Source: Candidatus Azotimanducaceae bacterium (GTDB lineage Bacteria > Pseudomonadota > Gammaproteobacteria > Pseudomonadales > Azotimanducaceae). Taken from it: a stretch of DNA of 64,000 nucleotides. The stretch is from NCBI GenBank assembly GCA_965657335.1, contig CBFHOH010000015.1:6436-70435 (forward strand), written 5' to 3'. Under the pieces are notes generated by a model. It was given only the letters and a program-made list of their open reading frames with translations, made no database searches and had not been told where the DNA came from. The translations under genes were made by a program, and so were the position numbers. The first letter of the stretch is position 1, and each line of letters opens with the position of its first letter. Positions 1-10,132 of this stretch are shown here, in pieces.

Positions 1-265
1 CGGATAGCCATAAAGCGCCTGCAGCTATTATCGCGATCAATCCGATGGGATTAAAACGATACATTGCGTTGCTGACTTTGCTTCGGCTTTGGTACGTGAT
101 GAAAGCGGCAAGCATCAATGCGAGGAAGCCATGGCTATAAACGCCGACGCCTAACCATTCAAGCGAAATTTGATAAATTGTCGCTGAGTACGCCAGTGCT
201 AGTGTTATAAAAACAAAGCACGCAATACTGTAGCTACCAAGGATTTTTTGATTAGATTCGTGCAT
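1..265 (-). CDS. xrtA: Exosortase A (XrtA/EpsH family), 5' fragment; the gene continues past the window start
   Basis: Not in the ORF track. Hand translation of the minus strand from the ATG (complement of 263-265) gives MHESNQKILGSYSIACFVFITLALAYSATIYQISLEWLGVGVYSHGFLALMLAAFITYQSRSKV... The hydrophobic TM segments and the W..(n)..YSHGFL motif are typical of exosortase N-termini. It sits at the end of a PEP-CTERM operon. Confidence 0.7.
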   Translation of the reverse strand, partial: MHESNQKILGSYSIACFVFITLALAYSATIYQISLEWLGVGVYSHGFLALMLAAFITYQSRSKVSNAMYRFNPIGLIAIIAAGALWLS

Positions 266-355
266 GTGTGCTGTTAGCTATAAAAAATTTTACGTTTCGC
301 ACAGAAAGGTGTGCACCTTGTTTACACAAGGTTGTTTGATATTGCGCATTTAGAT

Positions 356-1453
356 TCACATTTGAAAATACCTGCCAGTGGGCCAAAGCCCAGCGCGAGA
401 AACAAACCACCCTAATAAATTCTTTCTAGTGGCAAATAAGCGTTTCCCAGGTCTCTTGATAGCACCAAAGCGTTGTTTATACTCACCTTCAAAAGCGAGG
501 AAATCATAAACTTTAATTTTGTCGGAAATGGCAGCCTTTATAGCCATATCTATGGTGGCTAAACCTGCGCCATTTTGAGATGGATCGAAGCCAGACTGTA
601 TTTCATACATGATGTTGTCGTAAGTGAAACCAAATCGGATCGCAATAGGTTTGCGTCCCTGGAAAAGACAAAAAGCAGCGATCTGGTCTAGCTTGCCTGC
701 TCTGGTGGTATACGCTTTTAGAAAATCTCTGAATTTTGGGTTTCTTTCGAAAGCGCCCGTCTCTCCTTTGGAAAGCCACCTCTTTGAGTGCAGGTTTTCA
801 AGTATAGAAAAAACTTCATCGGGTGACATTAGGTCACGTAGGTTTTCAAGTCTCAGATTATCTTTAACAGAGAGTTGCTTATGATAGCGTCGGATATTGT
901 TTCGCTGTTTTGCTTTTAACTTCGATTCGTATGTTTTTACATCATCGGGCAGCGGCAATCTGTAGAAAGCAATAGACCTTGAAGCAACATGATAGTCGGC
1001 TGCGGTCATTACCCTCTCGAGGCGTGCTGCGGCTCCCGTTGATTCGTCGGCAAAAGGTGCCCAAGCGGTCAGGCATTCTTTCGCGCAGTTTTTTATTACT
1101 GAGGCTATCTCCGTCAGGGCCTCTTCTTTGTGACCCTTGCGAATTATTAGATCTTGATACTCTGCCGAACTATATTGATCCCCCAGCACCCTGATAACCT
1201 GTGCGGGTATGATTTTTAGTATTTTTATAGGAGCTTTATAAAGTGGAGCAATAGCGATTAGTTGTCGCTCTTTGTGAATCAGAATAATAAACAACGTGCA
1301 GTCCGGAGAAAGAAAATCTAGCCAGCAATCTATCCATTCAAAAGTGAGAAATAGATTATTGTCATCGCTCTCTCGTATCAATAAGTCCCAAGCGGATTTT
1401 AATAGCTTGAATTCCCTGCGTGAACTGATGATCGAAGTCTGGCAAAATTTCAA
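356..1453 (-). CDS. FemAB/CelD-like GNAT-fold acyltransferase, PEP-CTERM-locus associated
   Basis: 365-aa ORF. The N-terminal FLTFEWIDCWLDF segment and overall layout resemble CelD/BcsL and FemAB-related proteins found just upstream of xrtA in such loci. It lies 4 nt from the upstream gene. Confidence 0.6.
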   Translation of the reverse strand: MKFCQTSIISSRREFKLLKSAWDLLIRESDDNNLFLTFEWIDCWLDFLSPDCTLFIILIHKERQLIAIAPLYKAPIKILKIIPAQVIRVLGDQYSSAEYQDLIIRKGHKEEALTEIASVIKNCAKECLTAWAPFADESTGAAARLERVMTAADYHVASRSIAFYRLPLPDDVKTYESKLKAKQRNNIRRYHKQLSVKDNLRLENLRDLMSPDEVFSILENLHSKRWLSKGETGAFERNPKFRDFLKAYTTRAGKLDQIAAFCLFQGRKPIAIRFGFTYDNIMYEIQSGFDPSQNGAGLATIDMAIKAAISDKIKVYDFLAFEGEYKQRFGAIKRPGKRLFATRKNLLGWFVSRAGLWPTGRYFQM

Positions 1454-1456
1454 GGC

Positions 1457-2119
1457 TTATTTTCCATTAAATACGATCCCGGCAACTTTGTCCGGTCCAA
1501 TCATTTCAACAGCTTGAGTGACCGTTGGCTCGTCTGCGGTGCCTGTGTCTAGCTGAAATACAACATTATCACTGACGTTTGCCAAAACCTGCACTTCACT
1601 TGAGAGCTTCATGTTCGGAGCGTTAATAAAAATGTATCTATCTGGGTAGCGCCTCTTTAATTCAGTGACTATTTCGCGCATGCGCATTGATTCGAGCGAC
1701 TCTGTGCGGGTTTCAATGACATTACCCGCTGGAATTATCCTGAGTCTTTCGATACCACTCTCTTGAATGAGGACAGAAACATCGTCGAGATCGTTATCGA
1801 TGAAATCAATAAGACCAGTGCCATTCTCCAGATCAGACAGCTGTTCGATTAAGCTGTGATTCGCATCACAGTCGATAACGATCGATGATCTCGACCTATC
1901 AAAAGCAAACACCGCGGCCAAGTTAATAGCTAATTTAGATGTGTTGCCATCTGGGGAGAGAGAGCTCAAAAGGCACACAAAGTTCTGGTAGTCAGAAATG
2001 CGCAGTAGTTTGTTTCTCAAATCTCTATAAATATTGAGGGTTTCGCGATCACGCATCCCGGGAAATATGATACCGAGCACCTCTTTTTTTTCGTCGGAGA
2101 GATGCGTGCTAGTTTGCAT
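1457..2119 (-). CDS. EpsG-like BY-kinase/MinD-fold P-loop protein with degenerate Walker motifs
   Basis: The ORF track begins at 2263, but that overlaps the upstream gene by 62 nt, so I chose the internal Met (MQTSTHL) at 2119. Fold markers are LSSLSPDGNTSKLAINLA (Walker A position), IVIDCD (Walker A') and YIFINAPN (Walker B position). Its position after the Wzz-like gene matches PEP-CTERM loci. Confidence 0.6.
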   Translation of the reverse strand: MQTSTHLSDEKKEVLGIIFPGMRDRETLNIYRDLRNKLLRISDYQNFVCLLSSLSPDGNTSKLAINLAAVFAFDRSRSSIVIDCDANHSLIEQLSDLENGTGLIDFIDNDLDDVSVLIQESGIERLRIIPAGNVIETRTESLESMRMREIVTELKRRYPDRYIFINAPNMKLSSEVQVLANVSDNVVFQLDTGTADEPTVTQAVEMIGPDKVAGIVFNGK

Positions 2120-2201
2120 ATCCCTAATGATATGCTGACGGGCGCGCCGTGATGCAATGTTGCTCGGAGGATTATTGTTCAATCGTGTGACACCGGGTGG
2201 G

Positions 2202-3716
2202 TTATGAAAGCAAATAACGAAAAGAGAAAGCAGTCCCGGTATAGCAAAGTACCGCTGCCGCAATAGATACAGAAACCAGCCGCCAGTTTTGGTACTTCAC
2301 TGCCTCCTCAGGCAGCACAGCCAGTACAATACCTGGAAACAAATCGTTAAGCTGATCTGCAAACTTTATTCTGTGGTCAAAAAATATAAGCGCGATCAAA
2401 ATAGCGAGAGGAATAATAGTCCCTAGTATCGGCCCTGCGACAACGAAATGGAAAAACCTTGCGCCGGTGGGCAGCACAGGGAAAATTGCGGGTTCCAAAA
2501 TTTTATAGGTTACGCCTTGTCCAGCCAGATCGAGCGTCATCGATATTCGCGCGCGTTCTTTCCTCTCAAGCAAGTCCTCGTATATGTTCTTGGTGACGCT
2601 ATAGTCCCTTGTTAGCTCTGAAAGGTCTGCCTGATTTGCAGCAACCCGGACTCTACGTTGGTATTGTTCTTGCAAACGGTTTTCGTTGGCTGCCAAACGA
2701 TGACGTTTTGTTTGAACAGTGACTTTAGCTTCGGAGAGCTGCCCACTTAAATCCTCGTAGATGGGATTGAGGTTTTGTTCACCTGTTAAATCAGAAGACC
2801 CTCCAATAGTGCTTTGGGAGGCGTTTTCGACTTCGATAATTGTCCTCTTCACGTCTTGAATTTGTAGCTGCATATCAACGACGTCTGGGTGTTCATCGCG
2901 GTAGTTTAATCTGAGCGTGTCAAGCTGCGACTCAAGTTGCGCGAGTCTGTCTCTATAGACTCGCGCATTGTAATCATTGTTTGAAAACCGGGACTCATTT
3001 GCTAGTTGTATTTCTAGTGCAGCAATCTTCACTTCCTCAGCTTCGATGTCGATGGCGATCTCTTCAATGGTTGTTCGCAAGCTTGAAATTGAGGAACTTA
3101 CTTGCGAATCGATCCCATCAACGTTTGCAGCTTCAAAAGCCTTGAGTCTGTTTTCAGCTTCTACGAGCTGGCTCTTATATGACTTTACCTGTTCGTCTAT
3201 GAATGTATACGCGCTCTTGCTCTCTGCGCGTTTATTCTGCGCGCTCTCCTCAATGAACAGGCTAGTGACCTTGTTGACGACCTTGAAACTCGTGTTGGGG
3301 CTTTTATCGTTATATGAAATGGTAATGTAATTGCTCGCTGGCGCAGTAAGTGTGATCGTTTTGCGCAACTCGGTCATGGCCTCTTCCATTTCATCGGTGC
3401 CAGTCACGATACGCTGATTGCCCATTGTTGCCTTTACTACTCGGTCAAGTAGGCGTGGTGCGAACATTGTTTCTTGAACGATCCGGATTCTCTCATTTTT
3501 AGGCACCGTGACGGCAGCCTGGCCCTCCAGTAGTGGCTTAATGACATTTTGGTTGTCAGCAAAAATTGTGACTGAGGTCTCATACTTTGGTTTGAAATTC
3601 ATGCCTATGATAAGAACCGAAAAGCTAATCAATGCGCCACCCGCAATCAACCATAGCATTCGGAGTTTTACCTGCTTCTGAACTTCGCGAAGGTACTGGA
3701 ATATGACAATATTCAT
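2202..3716 (-). CDS. Polysaccharide chain-length determinant (Wzz/EpsF-like)
   Basis: 504 aa. It has an N-terminal TM (LWLIAGGALISFSVLIIGM), a long coiled-coil periplasmic region and a C-terminal TM (FFHFVVAGPILGTIIPLAILIALIFF). This is the PCP topology, and the gene follows the exporter gene. Confidence 0.75.
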   Translation of the reverse strand: MNIVIFQYLREVQKQVKLRMLWLIAGGALISFSVLIIGMNFKPKYETSVTIFADNQNVIKPLLEGQAAVTVPKNERIRIVQETMFAPRLLDRVVKATMGNQRIVTGTDEMEEAMTELRKTITLTAPASNYITISYNDKSPNTSFKVVNKVTSLFIEESAQNKRAESKSAYTFIDEQVKSYKSQLVEAENRLKAFEAANVDGIDSQVSSSISSLRTTIEEIAIDIEAEEVKIAALEIQLANESRFSNNDYNARVYRDRLAQLESQLDTLRLNYRDEHPDVVDMQLQIQDVKRTIIEVENASQSTIGGSSDLTGEQNLNPIYEDLSGQLSEAKVTVQTKRHRLAANENRLQEQYQRRVRVAANQADLSELTRDYSVTKNIYEDLLERKERARISMTLDLAGQGVTYKILEPAIFPVLPTGARFFHFVVAGPILGTIIPLAILIALIFFDHRIKFADQLNDLFPGIVLAVLPEEAVKYQNWRLVSVSIAAAVLCYTGTAFSFRYLLS

Positions 3717-3718
3717 TT

Positions 3719-4405
3719 TTAGAAGCTATTTTCAGGAACGGTAATGATGTCTGATGGAAGCAGCGTGTAGTTTGTCTCAAGATTACCTTTAGCGAGAATG
3801 TCATCAAGCCTCACGGGATAAACTTTTAATTCTTCCCCTTCTTGACGATAAAGAAGTGCACGGTTGGCGTTCGCGAATGGTGTAAGTCCACCAGCCTGAA
3901 GGACAAAATCAAGTACGGTTAGGCCCCTACGGTAAGAGATTGAGAGTGGGGAGTTAATTGCACCTGTAATTCTCACCCGTTGCAGATATTCAGCGCTCAC
4001 AGCGCTTAGCACGGAGACTGTTACAGAAGGTTGTCTTACAAAACTGTTAAGTCCGTCGGAAATCCTAGCAGCAAGGGACTCGGTTGTTTCTCCGGCTGCC
4101 TTTATATCTCCAACTAAGGGTACTGAAATGTCCCCGCTAGGTAACACGATAACATTTGTAGAAAGGTCTGGGTTTCGCCAAACGCTTACTTTAAGCGAGT
4201 CGCCCACGCCGATTTTGTACTCTTCAAGCAAACTCGCGTTTGTTGGATCAAGCGTTTGCTTCGTGTCCATTTCGGATGTTGCTTGCTGGGGGGTTGTACA
4301 GCCTGCTGTACCCAATATCAGCATAAGTGCGAAAACGAAATTTGTAAGGGTGGAGCAACGTAATTGGATCGCTAAGTTTTTACGGGTAGAACTACGGTGA
4401 AGCAA
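3719..4405 (-). CDS. Polysaccharide export outer-membrane lipoprotein (Wza/EpsB-like)
   Basis: 228 aa. Lipobox LGTAGC; Poly_export-like YKIGVGDSLKVSVW and ISVPLVGDIKAAG; SLBB-like RITGAINSPL...GLTVLDFVLQAGGLT. Confidence 0.75.
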   Translation of the reverse strand: MLHRSSTRKNLAIQLRCSTLTNFVFALMLILGTAGCTTPQQATSEMDTKQTLDPTNASLLEEYKIGVGDSLKVSVWRNPDLSTNVIVLPSGDISVPLVGDIKAAGETTESLAARISDGLNSFVRQPSVTVSVLSAVSAEYLQRVRITGAINSPLSISYRRGLTVLDFVLQAGGLTPFANANRALLYRQEGEELKVYPVRLDDILAKGNLETNYTLLPSDIITVPENSF

Positions 4406-6396
4406 CTTCCTTCTCCTGGTTGACTTGTTACTGAAACTCGGCCGCCGAGCTTACTCAAAATTTGTTGGTACTGGTATGCTCCGATTCCCATGCCGAGTGT
4501 TTTCTTCGTTGAATCAAAAGGTTTGAATAGCCGTTGATCAATAAACGCTTGATCCATGCCTTTGCCGTTATCGGTGATTATGCAGGCTACCTCTGAGCCG
4601 CATATGTTTACTTCAATGGCGATTTGCCCATCGTCTTGAGTTGCTTCCTGCGCATTGCATAAGAGATGTGTAAAGGCCATCGTTAAGTTTTCAAAATCAG
4701 CGGCAACGAATATCTCTCCTACCGGTTCTATAATTTCGGGTATCGGTCTTTTTTGGCTGCACCTAGTAAGCGATGCATCGATCACCTCCGCCAGCGAAAC
4801 CCGCTCAAGTTCCCCTTTATCCAGATCAATGGCATTTTTTGAGCTTAACTTCAGTACCATTCCGTTCATCTTTTTAACCGAGTGTGCGATGGTCTCTATT
4901 GCATCTGCGACAAACTCCGGGTTGTGCATAAATCTGGAGGCGTTCTGGACGACGAGCGCCTGTTGTGCAATGAGGTTTTTCAAGTCGTGCATAACAAAGG
5001 TGGTAAATTGGTGATACGCGTCAAATTGTTGGGTAACCATTCGGTCGTTCATCAGCATTTGGTATTCGACGAAGTTGCTAATTTGTTTGCCCACGAGACG
5101 AAGCAATTGAAAGTCCTCCCAGTTGAAGGCGTCTGCGTGATGGGAGCCGCCCGAGCGGGGTGTGGTCTGATCATTTGCGACGATAATAAAACCAGTGATC
5201 TTGTCATCACCGCTTAGCGGTAAGATAAAGAGTACATCGTCACTCTCGCATAGATCCGGAGGAATCAGCTCGTTGTGTTTCGTCTTCGCAGCCTCCGTTG
5301 CTTGTGGCACGTATATCCAGTCTTCAGTAAACATTTTGTCAAAAAATTGCTGGTGCTGAGTAATATCGATCGGGCGGAGGTCTGCGTTCATGCCAACGGA
5401 AAAAGCATTGCGCGAGTAGCCATTGTCATTAACAAAGCAAGCACCGGATTTTGACTGAAAAACCGGTAAAAGGGCTTGCAGCGCGATAGCAGCATAGTCG
5501 TCGCTGTGCTTGCCAAGAGATAAACGCTCACTCAGCTTTCTCCATTCGTCGTAATAGTCGTATTTAGCCTGAAAAAAGTGTCTATCTACGAATACTCTCA
5601 TCTTTGCGCGGCGGGTAGATGAGGCAAGATTAAATCCGACGAGTAATACGCCGAGGAACAGAAAAAACGGTTGCGCGATCAAACTGATTTCACCGTCAAT
5701 CAACGCAACGAGATAGCTCATGGAGGCGACAGACAGCAGAATGCCGCCAGCGAGTACGAAGCTAGATGTAGTGAATGCAAAGGGCCGAGAAAACTCAACT
5801 TTTTTTCGCTGTGTGTCAGTTGGGAGTACGACCAGAGGTGCGACAAGCAGAATTAGACCGAGGGTTGTATGACCGAGTGCACGTGCTTGCAGAAGCTCTG
5901 GTGTTGCCGATCCATAAATCAGGACGTAGGAGTAGAGATACAGGTTGTATAAGAAGAACGTTCCGACAGAAAGTGCGGCAACCTTGGCTAGCCCATGCGT
6001 ATTTCTAACCAATTGTTCCGCGATCAGGAGTGTGCCGATGCAGCAGAACAGATAAAAGTAGAATTGCAATTGGGTTGGGCTTTCTGATCCATTTGCTGAT
6101 AAAAATACACCAAAAACCGCGAGTAGTGGTATTGCCCAGAAGATATGTGTTTTTGCGTCAAGCTCTACCTTGCCTGCGTTGCTCCTAAACTTGAGCAAAA
6201 AGCAGCTCGACCAAACCGCGATATGTATAAAGTCCATCGTATAGCTCTGCCACGAAGTAATACTCCAGATCGCTGAGAAGAGAAAACCGGGCAGGAAAAG
6301 ATAGCCACCTCGTCTTAGCACGAGAGAATATTCAATTGCGACAAGTGTGAAGAGTGCTGCGCCGGAAATTGCGCTAACGCCGACAATGCTTGTCAT
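4372..6396 (-). CDS. prsK: PEP-CTERM system sensor histidine kinase (PrsK-type)
   Basis: 674 aa. The N-terminal third is polytopic membrane, followed by a central GAF-like region, H-box FVMHDLKNLIAQ and HATPase motifs NAQEAT, ITDNGKGM, GMGIGAY. Size and architecture match PrsK, and the gene is embedded in the XrtA locus. Confidence 0.75.
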   Translation of the reverse strand: MTSIVGVSAISGAALFTLVAIEYSLVLRRGGYLFLPGFLFSAIWSITSWQSYTMDFIHIAVWSSCFLLKFRSNAGKVELDAKTHIFWAIPLLAVFGVFLSANGSESPTQLQFYFYLFCCIGTLLIAEQLVRNTHGLAKVAALSVGTFFLYNLYLYSYVLIYGSATPELLQARALGHTTLGLILLVAPLVVLPTDTQRKKVEFSRPFAFTTSSFVLAGGILLSVASMSYLVALIDGEISLIAQPFFLFLGVLLVGFNLASSTRRAKMRVFVDRHFFQAKYDYYDEWRKLSERLSLGKHSDDYAAIALQALLPVFQSKSGACFVNDNGYSRNAFSVGMNADLRPIDITQHQQFFDKMFTEDWIYVPQATEAAKTKHNELIPPDLCESDDVLFILPLSGDDKITGFIIVANDQTTPRSGGSHHADAFNWEDFQLLRLVGKQISNFVEYQMLMNDRMVTQQFDAYHQFTTFVMHDLKNLIAQQALVVQNASRFMHNPEFVADAIETIAHSVKKMNGMVLKLSSKNAIDLDKGELERVSLAEVIDASLTRCSQKRPIPEIIEPVGEIFVAADFENLTMAFTHLLCNAQEATQDDGQIAIEVNICGSEVACIITDNGKGMDQAFIDQRLFKPFDSTKKTLGMGIGAYQYQQILSKLGGRVSVTSQPGEGSCFTVVLPVKT

Positions 6397-6677
6397 AGAT
6401 GTCTCGTGGGTCGGTCGCCGGACCGTTTATCACCGAGGCTTTTGGAGCGACTATCAGCTAAAAGGCGCATTTTGAGGAAAGCTCCCAAGCCGATTTTGCA
6501 GGGTAAATCGCTTTTTATGTTCCCACGAGTGTATGTGACAGATTTCATGGCGTGATAATCGATCAAAAATGTCGTAAAATGCAAGAATTATTTTATAAGC
6601 GATTATTTACATAATTATTATTGATTAATTCTTTGATTATGCATTAAATCGCAAACCGCGACATCAAGAGGTTGAGC

Positions 6678-8195
6678 ATGAGTTTCCCATACGAGATTTT
6701 CCAGAATAGAAGTGATCCTGCCGAATCTCCCGAGGTTTGGGATACCCATGCAGTGCATCAATTGCTCAACAGCAAAGGCGAGAAAAAATCTCTCAGAAGC
6801 ACTGAAAGAGCCCTTTCGAGCAGCGGATTGTTGCCGGAAGCCGTTCAGGTAAACGAATTGCTCGACGAATATGGCAGGCCGCCCAGGTCGGGCGTTGTAT
6901 CGACCTTAGAGTCGGGTGCTAAGAAAAAGCGAGATCTTTCTCTTGTTGTACAGACTCATCAACACGCATCGACAGGGTTGGTGCTCTTCGCAAACGATGG
7001 GCGTGCGGGGCGCAGATGGCTATTTTTGGGAAAAGTGCCTGATAGCAATGAATTGGAATTGGCTTTAAGGGCGTTATCTGACGGAAGAGACGCGATATTT
7101 TGGCCTCATGGCGAGGTCACGGCGGCATTTCGCAAATTAGCGCAAGTAAAAAAAGCACACGAATTGGTTTCCGACCGAGGCAACAAGATAGTGCTAGGCG
7201 TAAGTGCCTACCAACCAGCGATTGTTGGTAACAGCAGCGAACAACAAACAATGATGACTATTTCAAACGAGGAACAAATAGTGAGCGAATCAAATCAGGG
7301 GCTTTCGCATCTGGACAGATTGGAAGCCGAGAGTATTCACATTATGCGTGAAGTGATGGCACAGGCCGAAAACCCTGTCATGCTTTACTCTGTGGGTAAA
7401 GATTCTTCAGTGATGCTTCATCTAGCCAAGAAAGCGTTTTATCCGAGCCCGCCGCCATTTCCGTTGATGCATGTTGATACCAGGTGGAAGTTTCAGGAAA
7501 TGTACCAGTTCCGCGATCAAGCCGTCGCCGAAAGTGGTATGGATTTGATCGTTCATATCAACCCGGAAGGTATTGAGAAAAACATTAATCCTTTCGATCA
7601 CGGAAGTGCTTTGCATACAGATGTGATGAAAACCGAAGGTCTTAAACAAGCGCTAGATAAATATGGTTTCGACGTGGCATTTGGTGGCGCCCGACGGGAT
7701 GAAGAAAAAAGTCGAGCAAAAGAACGGGTGTTTTCTTTCAGAACAAAAACACATCGTTGGGATCCGAAAAATCAACGCCCGGAATTGTGGAACCTCTATA
7801 ACGGTTACAAAACGAAAGGAGACAGTATTCGCGTATTTCCCCTGTCAAACTGGACCGAGCTAGACATCTGGCAATACATCTATCGAGAGAACATCCCCAT
7901 AGTGCCACTTTACTACGCAGCCGAAAGACCCATAGTAGAACGCGACGGGATGTTGATTATGGTCGATGACGATCGTATGAAGCTGCACAAAGACGAAAAA
8001 ATTAAAATCAAACAGGTCCGATTTCGAACGCTTGGCTGTTACCCGCTAACCGGTGCAGTTGCGTCCGATGCTGACGATCTTTCATCAATTGTGCTTGAAC
8101 TTTTGCAAAGTAGAACTAGTGAGCGTCAGGGAAGAGCGATTGATTCTGACTCGTCAGGCTCAATGGAAAAGAAGAAACAAGAGGGGTATTTCTAA
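6678..8195 (+). CDS. cysD: Sulfate adenylyltransferase subunit 2 (CysD) with a ~190-aa N-terminal extension
   Basis: The canonical CysD core starts near 7251 (MMTISNEE...[33 protein letters not shown], a PP-loop) and runs to [11 protein letters not shown]. The same frame stays open back to 6672. An AAGAGG SD at 6665-6670 precedes the ATG at 6678. Confidence 0.85.
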   Translation: MSFPYEIFQNRSDPAESPEVWDTHAVHQLLNSKGEKKSLRSTERALSSSGLLPEAVQVNELLDEYGRPPRSGVVSTLESGAKKKRDLSLVVQTHQHASTGLVLFANDGRAGRRWLFLGKVPDSNELELALRALSDGRDAIFWPHGEVTAAFRKLAQVKKAHELVSDRGNKIVLGVSAYQPAIVGNSSEQQTMMTISNEEQIVSESNQGLSHLDRLEAESIHIMREVMAQAENPVMLYSVGKDSSVMLHLAKKAFYPSPPPFPLMHVDTRWKFQEMYQFRDQAVAESGMDLIVHINPEGIEKNINPFDHGSALHTDVMKTEGLKQALDKYGFDVAFGGARRDEEKSRAKERVFSFRTKTHRWDPKNQRPELWNLYNGYKTKGDSIRVFPLSNWTELDIWQYIYRENIPIVPLYYAAERPIVERDGMLIMVDDDRMKLHKDEKIKIKQVRFRTLGCYPLTGAVASDADDLSSIVLELLQSRTSERQGRAIDSDSSGSMEKKKQEGYF

Positions 8196-10132
8196 TGGCT
8201 GCATCCAAGAAGGCTAGAGCAGGTTCGCAAGACGTAGTTGAAGCATCGGCAATGAAAACGTCGGCAAAGACAATCCAACAGCGAGTTGATGAGTACATCG
8301 AAACGCAAAGTGGTCTTGATTTGCTGCGTTTTATTACCTGCGGCAGCGTCGACGATGGAAAGAGTACTCTGATAGGCCGCATGCTCTACGAAGCGCAAAT
8401 GATTTTCGAAGACCAAGTTACATCGTTACGCAGCGATTCCAAAAAAATGGGAACACAGGGTGGCGAAATAGATTTTGCACTGCTGGTGGATGGCCTTGCG
8501 GCAGAGCGAGAGCAAGGTATCACTATCGACGTTGCGTATCGCTTTTTTAATACGGATCACCGAAAGTTTATTGTGGCGGATACACCTGGTCACGAGCAAT
8601 ACACGCGAAATATGGTGACGGGCGCCTCGACTGCCGATGTTGCAGTGATACTACTAGACGCAACGCAAGGAGTGCTTACTCAAACTAGAAGGCACTCGTT
8701 TATCGCGTCTTTGTTGGGTATCAAGCACGTCGTGCTTGCTGTCAACAAAATGGATCTGGCGAATTTTGACAAAAAGACCTACGACGATATTGTCGAGGAA
8801 TACAGAGCGTTCTCAAGAGATCTAAACTTCGAGACGATTACCGAAATACCTATGTCAGCGTTGGAAGGCGATAACGTTATTCAACGATCCAGTAAAACGA
8901 CCTGGTATTCAGGACCGACTCTGCTTGGTTTCCTTGAGACGGTTGAAGTCGGTCACTCTCAACTTGACCATCCATTCCGGTTTCCCGTGCAGTGGGTCAA
9001 TCGTCCCAGTCATGAGTTTCGCGGCTACACCGGGACCGTCGTCGCGGGTCAGATTGAAAAAGGTCAGCCTGTTAGAGTCTTGCCCTCGGGTGAGATAGCA
9101 AACGTCGATGAAATCGTTCTCTACAAAACCAAACTTGACAAGGCGATAGCGGACCAGGCCGTTACAATTACCCTCGACCGGGAAGTCGATATATCTCGCG
9201 GTGATGTCATCGTTGCAGCCGACGAGCCTTGTGAAGCGTCGGACCAATTTGAGGTTACGTTAGTCTGGATGGATCAAGAGAAAGGTTTTATCGGCCGAAA
9301 CTACTGGATGATCGTAGGTACGACCCGGGTTAATGCAACAATCAGCGATATCAAATTTAAATATAACATCAATACCTTCGAGCACATTTCCAGTCAGTCT
9401 CTTGGCCTCAATGAAATCAGTGAGGTGACCTTGAGTCTTGATAAAGATGTGCCCTACGAGGCCTACCAAGCATGTAAGGCGATGGGCGCATTCGTACTTA
9501 TCGATAGATACTCGCACGCCACCGTTGGTGCGGGGATGATCAATTTTGCACTGCGTCGCGCTGAAAACGTTCATCGCCAGGCGTTAGAAATTGACAAGAA
9601 AGCGCGAGCAAAACTCAACGGCCATCCTGGACGTGCGCTTTGGTTTACCGGTTTAAGTGGCTCAGGAAAGTCTACGGTTGCAAATGCACTCGAGCAGGCG
9701 TTGCATGAGAAAGGTGTGCATACCTACATTCTTGATGGCGACAATGTGCGTCACGGGCTTAATCGTGATCTTGGCTTTACTGACGCGGACAGAATCGAAA
9801 ATGTGCGGCGAGTCGCTGAAGTAACGAAATTAATGGTCGACGCTGGGATTGTTGTTATCACCTCATTTATTTCGCCATTCCACTCAGAGCGACAGATGGC
9901 GAGAGAGTTGTTTGATGCGGGAGAGTTTGTTGAGGTTTATGTGAACGTGACGCTTGATCAGGCAGAAGAGCGTGATCCAAAAGGTTTGTATAGAAAAGCT
10001 AGAAGAGGAGAGCTGCCAAACTTCACGGGAATCGACAGCGCTTATGAGACGCCGGAAAACCCGGAGATTGAATTGAAGACAGGTGAGCGTTCAGTCGAAG
10101 AGTGCGTCGAACAGATTTTGAAGTACTTATAA
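8195..10132 (+). CDS. cysNC: Bifunctional sulfate adenylyltransferase subunit 1 / adenylylsulfate kinase (CysN-CysC fusion)
   Basis: GTPase motifs [17 protein letters not shown] and NKMD. The C-terminal APS kinase carries P-loop [11 protein letters not shown]. Its ATG overlaps the cysD stop (TAATG). Confidence 0.9.
   Translation: MAASKKARAGSQDVVEASAMKTSAKTIQQRVDEYIETQSGLDLLRFITCGSVDDGKSTLIGRMLYEAQMIFEDQVTSLRSDSKKMGTQGGEIDFALLVDGLAAEREQGITIDVAYRFFNTDHRKFIVADTPGHEQYTRNMVTGASTADVAVILLDATQGVLTQTRRHSFIASLLGIKHVVLAVNKMDLANFDKKTYDDIVEEYRAFSRDLNFETITEIPMSALEGDNVIQRSSKTTWYSGPTLLGFLETVEVGHSQLDHPFRFPVQWVNRPSHEFRGYTGTVVAGQIEKGQPVRVLPSGEIANVDEIVLYKTKLDKAIADQAVTITLDREVDISRGDVIVAADEPCEASDQFEVTLVWMDQEKGFIGRNYWMIVGTTRVNATISDIKFKYNINTFEHISSQSLGLNEISEVTLSLDKDVPYEAYQACKAMGAFVLIDRYSHATVGAGMINFALRRAENVHRQALEIDKKARAKLNGHPGRALWFTGLSGSGKSTVANALEQALHEKGVHTYILDGDNVRHGLNRDLGFTDADRIENVRRVAEVTKLMVDAGIVVITSFISPFHSERQMARELFDAGEFVEVYVNVTLDQAEERDPKGLYRKARRGELPNFTGIDSAYETPENPEIELKTGERSVEECVEQILKYL

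Noticed and set aside
6397-6671. Sigma-54 or other defined operator in the prsK/cysD divergent region
   Set aside because: It contains only a TTTGCA without a correctly spaced GG element, plus A+T-rich short repeats (TTGATTA twice, GCGATT...AATCGC). This is too weak to call.
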